Of a stretch of DNA of 64,000 nt, positions 39,531 to 52,408 are shown in pieces. Source of the DNA: Octopus bimaculoides (taxonomy: Eukaryota); assembly GCF_001194135.2 (NCBI RefSeq), contig NC_068981.1, positions 172,595,058 through 172,659,057 on the forward strand. Direction: 5' to 3'. Below the pieces are notes generated by a model, which worked only from the letters and a program-made list of their open reading frames with translations, did no database searches and was not told the DNA's origin. Position 1 is the stretch's first letter; every line of letters starts with the position of its first letter. The translations under genes and the position numbers were made by a program.

Positions 39531-42074
39531 AAAATAATTGGTAATCCTCTTTCCAGAATGATATCCACTTCAGAGAAGATGCACTATCCTTCTTTGATTA
39601 TCCTTGTTATTCATAGTTTTAAAGATACAAGTGTGCCTTTCTTATATAAGAAAATAAATGCATCTTTGAAAACAAGCATGCAAATATTGAGTGTGAGAAT
39701 ATTCTGACCATAAAGAACTATTGATAGCTTTACAGAACCAATTGCTTCAGGTGGACCAATTACAAATGGAATGATAAATACATTTCTTGCATGCCTTAAT
39801 GTCTTTAATTTTTTTGAAAATGCACACCAATTTTATCTCAAAAGTTAAAAAAAAACAACAACATAAAATAAGGTTTCAGCTCTTTCAGTTATACTTAGAT
39901 GCTTTATGAATAGTTTACTGATATATAGATCCTGTTTGCAACACCACCTCCTCTTTACAGTATATAAACAAAAAGTTTAGTATAGATAACTATCTTTTGG
40001 AGAATATAATTGGCTTATGAAAAATGTAAAATTCATCCTCCAGGACATGCTAAATTTTTGAGACTTATTGTTGGAAAAAACCATTCTCAATGCCAGGGAT
40101 ATATGATATATGTATGTGTGTATATATTCTGAAGCTCCTTTATAACATGGATTTTGTTGAAGACTCATCTGTCAGTGCTAACTAATATGCCAACATTAAA
40201 AGCAAATGTTCAATGATGATAATGACTGCTACTACTTCTTTTATAGATTTGTATGCTGTGAAGGTGGCAGACCATTTGAAATGTTTCTGAAAATTATGCC
40301 ATATTCCTTTTAAGCTGCCTTCTTCATACTAGGCCTTTCTTATTCTTCATCTCTCAAATATCTTTATAAGTCCAGTTATATATTAGTGTTGATTCCTCAA
40401 CTATACACTCCACCCTACAAAATTAACCTATGTCTATTAAAAAAGTCATTATTGCACATTTATTCTCAGGAAAATGAGTGCTTTCATATATGGAGTTATA
40501 TCAGCACCCTGCAGTTTTTATTTCAGCTACTCTATTTCATAGTAAGCTGTAAGGGTAGAGTACTATGTAAACACAGTTTACCAAAATACATTAGTAATCT
40601 TTAGAAAAAACAGATAATAATAAAAATATTAATATCAATATAGACAGTAGAGGAGCATGGTAATTACCAGAAAAGGGGAACTAGCAGAAGTTATGCATAG
40701 AATAGACTGGGGAAAAGCGATGAGAAGCAAACCAGACTAGTTGATATAAACAGCTTCTTCAAAATAAATATATAAATAAAAATTAAAGTATAAAAAAAAG
40801 TACTTTGATAATGTGGAGAATTTTTTCTAAACTAAATACATTTAATTAGCAATATTTTTTTGTACCTTTTTCTCTTAAGTATATTTTCTTTTTTGTGATT
40901 TACCTCTTATCTTGTTCCTATTTTGGTATGTAATTTCTAGTTGCAAGATTTTACAATTAGATGTCCTTTCTGACATCAATCCCTGTGTTCAAGACTAAGA
41001 ACTATCCATTAGTCATTTCTCTTTTCTTTTTTTCTTCAACACAAAAGAAGCTGCTTCAATTATCTAAATTTCTTAATTAGGTGTAGGTGTGTTTGCACAT
41101 GCATGCTGTATATGTACAAAGCATTATATTTTAGATAAAAGTAAGTAGTAGCTATGAAACTATTTTTCTCTCTATAACAGTAAGAATACATAATTGAGTT
41201 AGAAAGTACAGTCAAAGATATTTCCTTCTGAGTTTGCTATTATGAAAAAGAAAAAAAAAAAACAAGAGATGTTATGTTGTATATAAATGAATAAATAAGT
41301 AAAAGTTGGTGAAACATTATTGAAATATCATCAATAAACCCATAATGGAGCTAAGTTTCCTGTGACTCAAACACTGAGTCCATTCAGTGCAGTGAGACCA
41401 GTAACATCAGAGTGTCACAAGTACTAAGTTTATTTTTCTGCTCAGAAATATTTAATATGAAAAATTTATACTGTTGAATTATGAGACTTAATATTAAATT
41501 CAAAATTTAAGTATTTGATTATTCCCTCAATAATATTCCTGATATATCTAAGATGGCAGAAAGTAATGTTTCAACATTTTCTGTTTTATAGATTGTTATT
41601 ACTCACAGATACTTTGTGGTGAAATGATATTTCTACCTTAACTAATACTGCTTTATGACTATTTTTACCTTTATACTTCCCTGAAATAAACCTACTTTTT
41701 AACAGGATTAACTGGTTGTCTTTTACTGCTATATTTAGTCATAATTGTATTATTTCTTTTTCTGTCATATTGTCTTCATTTGTCAGAAACATATGAAATA
41801 ACATTATGCAATCAGGGGCCTTCTACTTGTTTTTACGTTTTCTGTAGATTAAGATGCTTAAATGATATTTTTTATTTTGTCCCACTTCTTTTTTTAAGCA
41901 GTTCATGTTCAGACACCTGAAGTGTTGCAAGCAACACTTGAGAGATTTGATTCTGAAATAGCTATGTTAAACTAAGCTTCATTCAGTTGTTATAACATAA
42001 CAAATCTTATATCTAGAGATTGTACAGAGTAACTCATAATCTCTGATGGTGGTCTCACTGTCAAAAATATTAAC

Positions 42075-42215
42075 CATGAACATCACTATATTCTTTTGTA
42101 CACCCACTGGTTGCACTCTTCACAGAGTGTTGAATTACTGCCTGTTCCTTTTTGACACAATCTTGTACACCCACACATGCTACCCTCCTGTTGTTTCTAT
42201 AAGACTATTAATGTT
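42075..42215 (-). pseudogene. RTE ORF2 Cys-rich finger remnant
   Basis: Minus strand KGTGSNSTLCEECNQWVYKR resembles the KGVGSNSIxCxxCxxWVHKRC finger found in some RTE ORF2 proteins. Confidence 0.55.
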
Positions 42216-44679
42216 ATGACTATACGTACAGCAGAAGATTCAGCTATTTTTAATATTTTTGTTTTTCTCTGAATATATTTTTTTCTAAAGGAATGAGGCT
42301 TATGTTATGACAGCTTGTGTGTGTGTAACAACAAAGTTTAACTTTTAAACTGTCCAAAAGATTTAGATACTTTAATTACCATTGTTAAATTTTTTTTATA
42401 AAATAAACAGTCATGTGCAGAATGGAAGAAAATAGCTCCAGCTTTTCAAATAAGAAAGCTAAGGGCAGTAATTCTTAATAGTTAAAAATAATATTTAAAC
42501 ACTGACATATTTAGTTTCTCTCTCTCCCTCTCTTTCTCTCCCCTCCCCCTCCCTCTCACACACACACAGTCATTGGACTGCAGGTATCCTAAGTACCACC
42601 TCCAAGTTTAGGTTTTGGTATCATATTAAGCCCAGTACTTATTTTATCAACCTCTACTTATCAAATTGCTAAGTTGTCTTTTAACTTAAAGGAAACAACT
42701 CAACACACAGGCATAGCCAGATGCCCTTCCTGCCACCAATCCTTACTTATTTTCAAGTTATTCTATACATCTTTTGAAAGCAGCAGATTTTTTATAGAAA
42801 AATAAAACTTCAATACTTGTGTCTTGGTGCTTTTTCAAGCAAAGCATGCATGTTGTAAATATTTACTAGGCACACACACACACACACAATTACATAATGT
42901 ATGAACTAGAGATCTTTTTTAAAGAAAATGATGAATTAATTTACAAATTTTTTTAATTCCTTATTCAGCTGCCTTTCATGACTTGATAAATTTTTAAGGG
43001 GTTATTTGCAAAGGATATATATTTGTAAATATTTATGATTTAATTAATGTTTCCCAAATGTGTTAACTGTCTGATCTGTTTCTTCCACCAATTAAAAACA
43101 AATGAAAATCTTTCTGCATATTAATTTTCCTAAATTTCTGAAACTTGGGCACTAAATAGAATGAAAAAGTTTATCAGTTTAGAGCATTGCATCTAATGAT
43201 TTTTTTCCATTTTGGCTATGTAGCTAAAATATTTACAAGGGTTTACTTTGTAAAGCATCTTTAGAAATTGTCTATTTTTAGGTCATCAAAATATTAGAAA
43301 CTGATGACTCTGGTAAGATGGATAGTGTCTATCATGATCAAATATGAGGAATATCTGTGCACCATGAGCTTAACATGAAAAGAGATGTTTTACACTAGTC
43401 TCTGCATGCAGTCTGTAAAAAGATGTTCACTCTACTGAACTAATGATTAGAGAATTCTAGTCTGAGGATGATTACTGGAACGACTTCTTCACACTTACTG
43501 AGAAGTTGAACTCAATACTGCAGGGGACAACTTTATAGTACTGTATATGTGCTGTGAACACAATCACCAGCCTATCTGTACTCTATATATCACTTTCTGA
43601 TGAATGGTGGCTCTAAAATTATATGTACTTATCTACCCAGGCTGCAGTATCTGATTGACATGTCAACAGTTATCTCTATATGAGTATCAAAGTTATATGT
43701 TTGAAATTTTATTATTCACATACATGAATGTACACACATATTATATAGTTAACAAAAAGAATTAGTTTGATAAAAATCAAACTTTAAAGTTAATGAGTAG
43801 ATAATGCTTGATGACTATTTCATATTTGATAAATTGCTTGAATACATAAGAGTTCAAAGACTGACAAAGAAATCAACCATTATCAACTAAAAAGCATACA
43901 TATGGCAACATTCTCTCTTAGTTTGTAAATTTCAATAAGTTCATGTCATCGGAAGAGAATCTTAGCACTTTGAGACAACCCTAGCATTGAGAATATGTGT
44001 GTTAGGAGAAGAGATAAGGAGGAAGATAAGATGAAAGACTTGGTAGCTCAGTGGCTTGAGTGACAAAAGTGAAAAGTGAAGCAGGGCAACACTCACTCAG
44101 GACACTGGCTTATTAGCTAACTATCTTTTTACTTAGGAGTGGAGGGTAAGGAGGAAGAAAGATAACTAAAGTATATATTTTCAGTACTACCTTAAAAACA
44201 TTTTTCTCTCATGAAGTGTTTTGCCCGAAACATCAGATTACTTTTCTCCCTGTGACATAGGAACTTCACTAAATGTTTGTTTCTTTTTTATATTTTATGA
44301 AGGCTATCTTTAAAGCATTTTATTACTTACTTTTTTACTTTGTACTAGCATTACTGGAGTTTTATAAATTTTGATAATTCCATAATACTTGTTTCATAGT
44401 TGGAGGTTGTTTGTTCTACAAACCAATCAACTGCAAATGGGGAATAACATCTAAATCCAGTTAGCCATACTTTTTCAATAGACAAACACTATAGATGTAG
44501 AAAGCTTAGAAAATTTGAGCATTATGTATTAAATTTTTTTTTTTAGAAATTTTAAACATTGTTTTCAATATTGGTCAAAGAAATTACTCCTCCTTTTCTA
44601 TGGAACTGGGGTAACTGAGTGAAGTAAGTAATGTATTCAAGTCATGTGCATAGCCTCTTCCTCCAGCCAAACCAATAAA

Positions 44680-44820
44680 ACAACCTGACAGATCTGTGGT
44701 TAGAGGCATTCAAGCCATGACCATTTCTCTCTCTCTCTCACATATTGTAGAGTGTAATAAGGGAAATTTAACTTGCTGCTTCCAGAGTATTTGACCAATC
44801 ATGTTGAAGCTCCCTTGTTG
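44680..44820 (+). repeat. Unclassified interspersed repeat; related copies at about 8105-8165 (-), 35000-35070 and 55250-55430
   Basis: Recurring blocks aggcatt.c.agccatgacc and gggagatttg.ctgctatttctag.agg. Confidence 0.5.
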
Positions 44821-45322
44821 ACTGATAATTTAGAAAGTTTTAGATTGCTTAAACAGTACAGTGCTGAAGTAAATGCTTTAAAATATTTAGTTTCTAAGAT
44901 TCAAACTTGACTATAATCTTCCTCAAGTCAATAAGATAAGTTATAGTAATAAAGTAGATGATTTAAACAGTCTATACTTTTCCTTTATGATATTATGTCT
45001 TGTTTGTAAGTATGTGCTATATATCATCATCATAATTTGCATCTGCTTTCCATTCTGGCATGGGTTGGATGGTATATATGTCTGTGTGTGCACGCTTATC
45101 ATTTTTAGTGGAGGAAATTACCATAGATATTATTCATTAGGGAAACAATAGTTTCCCTAATGAATAATATCGGAGAAGAGTAAAATATTCTGTTTCTTAA
45201 AATAAAAGTGAGAAATAGGTTTTTGTAAATAAAAATCTGCAACTGCTTGGGTTGTTTACCTTCTTGTACAAAGTCAAATATAGGTATAGTCGTTTCCAAT
45301 ATTAATTAGAACCTTGGATTAT

Positions 45323-45471
45323 AGGTGCAGGCATGGCTGTGTGATTTAGAAGCTTGGTTTGCAACCACTTGATTTCAGGTTCAACTCTACTGTACTACAC
45401 CTTAAGCATGTCTTCTGCTATAGGCCCAGGTCACCAATGCCTTGTAAATGAACTTGGTAGACAGAGACTAT

Positions 45472-45513
<42 letters not shown>

Positions 45514-45705
45514 TATATATGTGCAAATGGGTTTGTCACTCGTTACTGTTTTATGACTAGTGTTGGTTTGTTTACATCTCTGTAACTTAGCAGTATTGCT
45601 AAAGAGATTGATAGAATAAGTACCAGACTTAACAATAAGTGCTGGAGTCAATCGACTTACCCCCTCCCCAAATTTGCTGGCCTTGTGCCAAAATTTGAAA
45701 CCAAT
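45323..45705 (+). mobile_element. SINE family A head and middle with a family-B-like tail
   Basis: Head aggtgcaggcatggctgtgtg, central (TA)n, but ends ctggagtcaatcgacttacccc...aaatttgctggccttgtgccaaaatttgaaacc. Confidence 0.75.
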
Positions 45706-45718
45706 ATTACTGAAATTT

Positions 45719-45935
45719 AAGGTGGCGAGCTGGCAGAATTGTTAGCATGACAGGCCAAATGTTTTATGGCATTTCATCCATCTTTACATTCTGAGTTCAA
45801 ATTCCTCCAAGGTTGACTTTACTTTTCATCCTTTTAGGGTCGATAAAATCAGTACCAGTTGAGCACTGGGGTCAATGTAATTGACTTATTCCTCCTCCGA
45901 AATTACTGGCTTTGTGTCAAAATGCGAAACTACTA
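45719..45935 (+). mobile_element. tRNA-derived SINE family B, near full length
   Basis: aaggtggcgagctggcagaattgttagc...ttctgagttcaaattcc...ggttgactttacttttcatccttttagggtcgataaaatcagtaccag. Confidence 0.88.
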
Positions 45936-46092
45936 TTACTGTGAGATTAATTTTTATTGCTTTCTCTTCAAATAGCAAATCATTTGAATCAAGAAAAAAA
46001 GTTGAGACATAAGCATCAAATTGAGATAGAATAATGCCCATTCGTGAGCCTGCTTTTCTTCAGTGCCTCAAACTGGTGTTTGTTGTGCATAT

Positions 46093-46468
46093 AGGCGCAG
46101 GCATGGCTGTATGGTAAGATGTTTGCCTCCTAACCACAAGGTTCCAGGTTCAGTCCCACTGTGTGGCACATTGGGCAAGTGTCTTCTACTATAGCTGCAG
46201 GCCTACCAAAGCCTTGTGAGTGGATTTGGTAGATGGAGACTGAACGAAGCATATCGCATATGTGTGTTTGTGCATACACACCCCTCCACCGCTTGACAAC
46301 TGGTGTCGGTGTGTTTATGTCCCCGTAACCTCACGATTCGGCAAAAAAGACCGATAGAATAAGTACTAAGCTTAAAAAACAAGTACTGGAGTTGATTCAT
46401 TCTACTAAAAATTCTTCAAGGCGGTGCCCCAGCATGGTCGCAGTCTAATAACTGAAACAAGTAAAAGA
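46093..46468 (+). mobile_element. SINE family A, full length
   Basis: Head, middle and tail (gaccgatagaataagtac...aaggcggtgccccagcatggtcgcagtc...ctgaaacaagtaaaaga) are all present. Confidence 0.92.
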
Positions 46469-46469
46469 C

Positions 46470-48540
46470 GAATAGGAAATGAAAAGATAATTTACGCTCC
46501 GTATTAGTTATCTCCCTTGGAGATGGTATCACGTTTTGAATACAAAGGCAACAGAATTTGATTATTAATGCGAATTACTTATTATATTATGTTTTCGACT
46601 GAAGTATCTTGAAACAATGACAGCGATATATTTAAAACATAAAAATAACATATAGATAAATCTTGTTCTGTTTGATAAATCTACGACTTAAAGAGAGTAT
46701 CAAATTATTTTCAGTAAATAGGAAGTTACCTAAATGCTTAAATGTTATGCTCCTAGAGTTACTCGTCGTGACGGGTGATGTTTGGAATATACTTTGCCAC
46801 TATAGGTAACATCACGTAATGTTACATGGATACAATCATAATTACTTCTACTTTGATTTTATTTAAATTTAACTTCACTTATAAAACAAATAATTATAAA
46901 ATTAATACTTACATCCAAAAATAAAATTAAATAACACAAATTTTCTCATTCGTATATTTGCAATAAATATACATTATCAATACTAATCAACTATCAATAG
47001 CAATAATATTGTATTACCCTCCTGATAATGGAAAGCGGATACGGGATTTTACAGTTTCCACTACATGTTCATACTTGAATTACAGAAATTGAGTTCAAAT
47101 GTTGGTTGCCTGACTGCGATCTGGATTTACATAATAGTTTAGCTTAGGAATTTTATGTTGAAATTGTTTTCTTCTATGTATATCTGTATATTGAGTAATT
47201 CCATGTGTGACATTTTTAGCATGATCAAGCGACTAACAATGAGTATTAATATTGATAAGGATATGTAACATACATACACGCACACACAACATTAAAGAGC
47301 AATAGAATAATTAAAAAGTCGTTAATAACAATAATAGCAATAAAGAATAATTTAAAATGTCAATTTACTCGACACACAGATCGTGGGGGAGTGATTTCAG
47401 CCATTCAGGCAGTAGTATATGGTGGCTATACGCAACTGTGCTACCGTGTTGAACCCATTGCACTGATATCAGTCTTATCCTAAAATAAACATACAAGCGT
47501 TAGGCTATTTCTATACATAATACTTCAACCTGACTTAATCTTAGTTTTTAGTGCGTCTTATTAGATTTGGAGACACATTTCAACTAGATTATATCATGAG
47601 ACTGAAAACAACAATTATGATAAAAATAATCATTTCAGTTAATGACTTCTCCACGAATTTACACATGGAATTTCTCGCCACGAAAACGAATACGGGATAT
47701 GTGTGTGTGCTTGTGGAATATCGCTCGTCCTTTGTTCCTCGTTTTTGTCTCTCATATTATCCCGCTATCTGCTCAAATGCCATATCATGCATAATACAGC
47801 TACCTGTGTGGTGCACATTGCTGTTTCAGAATAACTTCCACAACAGTTCGTAACAGGAAACTGAAAAATTAGTTTCCCTTTATAATCCAAGATTATATTA
47901 TTGAGCTTGAATTTACCACTTTAATTGTATGTGACATATTCATCTAGCTCATCCAAAAAAAACATGTGTATTTAAGAACTCACATAAACTTCTACATTGA
48001 TTTTTTCTTTTATTTTGTTTGCTATAAAGTATCAAAAAAAAAATTTTGACAATAAGGGGAAAATTAATGCAACAGGTTCTGTGTATTCTTAAATGGCTAG
48101 ATTCAAGTATCTTCGTTTGGTATATATATATATATATATTTCCAGTAAATATTGGTGCCTTGTTGTACCACTCATCTGAATTTATTTATATACACATATA
48201 TATATATATATATAATCAGGTTATTTTTAATAGATGTGATTTTTCCTCCAAATTTTTGCCCTATTTTATTACCAACAATTACAGCAAGAGCACTCTACTT
48301 TGTTATGTTAGGCCAGGATTCGTTCCCTTTAACGTTATAAGTTAAATGTTAACAGCCGAGATAATGTCTGCAAAAGTTATCTCCCCTGTCATTCGCTTGA
48401 TTTCTAAAATTGACGTCTTTCTTAATTGGTTTATTCAGTATTTTCCCCCCTTAAAATTAAAGTACAAATAAATTAAATTTGTAGTTTCTTAGTCAATCAT
48501 TGTATAGCAAATTTATTTTTATAATTTTAAGCAAGCGAAT
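46470..48540. promoter_or_regulatory. CpG-retaining island, probable (alternative) promoter
   Basis: About 40 CpG in 2.1 kb by my count versus about 5 in 19001-21000, at similar low GC content. No recognisable transposon inside; lies immediately upstream of the 48837 exon. Confidence 0.55.
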
Positions 48541-48574
48541 ATATTTTTATTTTCTTTGTAGAGTATAAATACTT

Positions 48575-48626
48575 TGTGTGTGTGTGTATATATATATATA
48601 TAAATGTGTGTGTGTGTATGTATGTA

Positions 48627-48677
<51 letters not shown>

Positions 48678-48690
48678 ATGTACACATACA
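48575..48690. repeat. Compound (GT)n/(TA)n/(GTAT)n microsatellite
   Basis: Direct reading. Confidence 0.95.
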
Positions 48691-48836
48691 CGCATTTGGT
48701 TGTATTTACAGATTTTCCCATTTTATTTGAAAATGTATATTCTTCAATCGTTTTAAAGATATGAATATAGAATTAATAAACATTATTTTGCAGAATTTCA
48801 AAATGAATGTCTAATGTAATGAATTTTTTATTCTAG

Positions 48837-49021
48837 AAAAATCCAGTGGTTCTAAAATAAAAAAGAAACCATCATTCCGAGATGATATTAAGGCAATGAT
48901 AAAACGAAGACCATCTGCTCCTAGTCAATCACCAAAGTCCAAAAGCAAGAGCCTCAACAGAACACACAGTCTCAATGAAGGATCCAAAACTGACAAACAT
49001 GATAAAGATATTACTATTGAT
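48837..49021 (+). CDS. Internal coding exon of an unidentified host gene (phase 1 in, phase 0 out), Lys/Ser/Pro-rich and probably disordered
   Basis: Acceptor ttttttattctAG, donor GAT|GTAAGT. The 185 nt are open in one frame only: xKSSGSKIKKKPSFRDDIKAMIKRRPSAPSQSPKSKSKSLNRTHSLNEGSKTDKHDKDITID. Not in the ORF track. Confidence 0.7.
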
Positions 49022-49789
49022 GTAAGTTGATACTTTAAAACTTATTTATAAACTATTTTAGATTACAGGATAATGATGTTTCCAAGTTATTTTTTTAAGA
49101 TTTGCTTACAGATAATTTAAGGAATATAATTGATATGTTGTGTATCTATTAAAATTCAATGAGCTATGCTGTCATGTACAAGGTATTTAATGAAATATGT
49201 TGAATTTTAAAATTCTGTGATAAACTTGCAGATTTAAAATAATTTATACAATTGTCCTAATGGTGCATGAAAACTATAATCTGAATAACTAGCTCATGCC
49301 ATACTATTGATATTCACTGAAGTTAGATTGCTTTTGCTCTTTGTGTTGTTGAAATTATTCTCTATAGAAAAAAAAAAATCCAAGTAATTTATGATTTAGC
49401 TACCTTATAAATGTTTTGTAATATTTTATCGTACCTTCCATCGTCAACTGTCATAGATAATTTCTAACAAAACGCACTCTATAATCGATTTAAGCAAGAA
49501 ATAATGCTACTGATTTAAATTAAATTCTATAAAGATAAATTGATGAATATTATCCTCAACATCATTTTAACACCTACTTTTCCATGCTTGCATGGGTTAG
49601 ACAAAACCATTGAAGTAAACTTTCTTCACTTAAATGTTATTTCTTTGCCAATCTGTTTCCATGCAAGGTAAAGATTTTGTTAGTCCTCTGAACAAAAATA
49701 AGACAGTGACCAAAGAAGATTACAAACAAATAACACTGCTTGTACAAGAGTGGTGTTTGTTTGCAATTGGCACATGATGTCAAAGCAAA

Positions 49790-49980
49790 GAGATGTAAAT
49801 CCAATACACACTCATGTGTACATACATGTATATATTTGTGTTAGTTTCTGTTTGCCAAATTCATGCACAAGGCTTTGGCCAGCCCATAGCCATAGTACAA
49901 GATACCATACAATAGAACTAAACCTGAAAGCATATGGTTATCAAGCAAACGTCTTAACTACACAGTTATGCTTATAATGT
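49790..49980 (-). mobile_element. Degenerate SINE family A, 5' half
   Basis: caaattcatgcacaaggctttggccagccc...gtcttaactacacagttatgc. Confidence 0.65.
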
Positions 49981-50274
49981 GTAATAAAAAAAAAGTGAGG
50001 AGCAGTATACATACTAGTGGAATTACACACACATACATGTGTATGCACACATAGACGTGGGAAAAAGTGGTGAGAAAGGATCTTCAGACGCTGGGCCTCA
50101 CAAGGGAGATGACAAGCTAAGTAAAATCGTAGCTATCTGTCCATAAGGAAGAAAAATGTCCATATGCAATGCTCAATATATATACATATATATATTTGGT
50201 GAGCAGAGAAAGAGTAAAGTGATGAGGTCTCTCTTGTCCCATTTCTCCAAGGTCTGTTCAAACTTTGTGTTGGT

Positions 50275-50430
50275 ACCACAAGAAAATGCACCCAGTACAC
50301 ACTGTAAAGTGGTTGGTATAGGAAAGGGCATCCAGGCCAAATAACGCCAAATGAACGCTTTCAGAATAGCAGCTTCCAAAGGGAAGCAACTCTGACCGTG
50401 ACACCCAGTTCAACCCATGCTAGCATGCGT
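50275..50430 (+). mobile_element. RTE-related 3'-UTR fragment; similar pieces at about 51625-51770, 51960-52110 and 53850-54050
   Basis: aaaatgcacccagtacac.ctg.aaa.tggttgg...ggcatccag...aacccatgctagcatg. Confidence 0.65.
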
Positions 50431-52343
50431 TGGGTCAACAAATACTTGTTACTGAGGTCTTATTTTACAGTTGTATGGCTTTCATATCATTGACCATGAC
50501 TATTTTTCAAGTAGGGTTTTTTTTGCAGGGGATTTCATCCTACACACTTCCAATATTGCACAACTACCAGTTGATTAAGCCTAAGTTAATGTTATCTACA
50601 TCTATTTTATTTTCTTAATTTCTTTCTTCACTTTAAATATTTCAACTGCGAAAGATTAGTTCTTTTTTTTTTGTTTTTAATGGAATCTGTTTACCATTAT
50701 ACTTTTGAATACGGACATTGATTTGCAAACTAATATTGATTTGGTTGTATAATTTGCACAAGACCCTACTATTTTAATTTTTTGTGTTTCTCCACGACAA
50801 ATTAATATGGAAAAATAAAATTCAAAGTGTTATTATTAAGTTTAGATTTATCCTATAAACATTCCTCCAAAATACAATGGAATATATAATTAATTCTGAC
50901 TGCCAGAGTTTATGGACGTGAATTACACTGGTTCTTAAATCAATAACAAGACTGCTAAGAACATTAGCTTGAATTAAACATATCTAGCAATGATATAAAA
51001 TTTAATAGATAAAGAATTTGTTAGTTTTCATTAAGTATGTATAGAATTATGATGGATAGAAAACAATGTTTAATTTGATATCTGGTATACACAATTTTTC
51101 TTTTTGTGAAATGTTTTCAAAGCATTTATTGTGTAGTGTGTGATACAGACATAACGATGAATGTTTTTTTTTTTGAATGAGATTACATGTGTTTTCATCA
51201 TTAAAACTACTTGCCTATTTTTATGATTGATATATATGCTGAGACACACATATACTCAAACATACACACATGTATATAATGTAGTTGTAGATAGATATAG
51301 ATATATTCAACAGGCTTCTTTATGTCTCCATCTACAAAAATCACTCGCAATTGTGGGCTATAGTAGAAAACTGAAACTGAAACCTTGTGGTTGGAAAGTA
51401 AACTTCTTAATCTCAGGGCAGTGGTTGATATATGCGTGCTTGCACATCTTTATCTTCTTTCCAGTTGCTCCTACCCACTCTTATATAATATAGGGTAGCT
51501 ATGTATCTCTTCTATTGTGAGATATCTGTGCATATCCCTCTAGCATCTTAATACCTGATATAAAACCCCTCTGTTGTAGCCCTACTCAGTAGAAAAAGCT
51601 TCTTTTCTTTTGTCTTGCAAGTTACTTGGTGACCTCACTAATGCTGGTGTCAGGAAAAAATGCACCCAGTACACTCTGCAAAATGGTTGGGATTAGATAA
51701 GGCATCCAGGCATAGAAACCATGCCAAATCATGGATCCTGTCAGACCAGCCAAGCCATGCCAACATGGATAACCCTCAGAGTAATTAGCGCTTTGTGAGT
51801 GGATCCAATAAACAGAGACCTAAACAAAAAGCCTTTGCCATTGCTACAATGAAATGCACCTGGTGCACAATGTAGAGCGATTGGCAACCAAGTAGAGAAA
51901 ATGTCAGGTTGAAAGGTCTTCTTAGCCCTGTTTCATCAAGTACACAACTACCTCTGTATTACTAGTGCCATAATAAAATGGGCCCAGTATATTTTGTGAA
52001 GATTTTGGTGAGAGAATGGGCTTCCAACTGTAAAAACCAAATTAAGTTGGCTCCCAACAGAAGCTGATTCGAATCATGACAACCTGCCTGCATGGAAGAC
52101 AGATATAAAAAAGTGATAATGCGTGTATCATCATCAACATTTTAACACTCACTTTTCCATGCATAGGTTAGACAATTTATTGAGGCAGATTTTCTATGGT
52201 TGGATGCCCTTTTTCTCACCAACCTGTTTCCAAGCAAGGTAATATTTCCCCACGATTAGATATGTTCTTACAGAATATTGGTAATGAATGATACTGCTTG
52301 TATGACAGTGACAATCATTCTTCAACTGTTATGCATGTCAAAT

Positions 52344-52345
<2 letters not shown>

Positions 52346-52406
<61 letters not shown>
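52346..52406. repeat. (CA)n microsatellite forming the middle of a minus-strand SINE head at about 52407-52570
   Basis: Direct reading; the flank gtgcaaggtgccacacagt...cttaccacacagccacacct is the reverse complement of the family A head. Confidence 0.85.

Positions 52407-52408
<2 letters not shown>

Noticed and set aside
44200-44240. ctcatgaagtgttttgcccgaaac resembling a Penelope-type hammerhead ribozyme core (CUGAUGA...GAAA)
   Set aside because: The core has C in place of the conserved G and stem II does not pair. At best it is a dead PLE relic.
47385-47470. Possible C/D-box snoRNA (gtgattt ... ctga)
   Set aside because: Box C has two mismatches and the terminal stem is weak.
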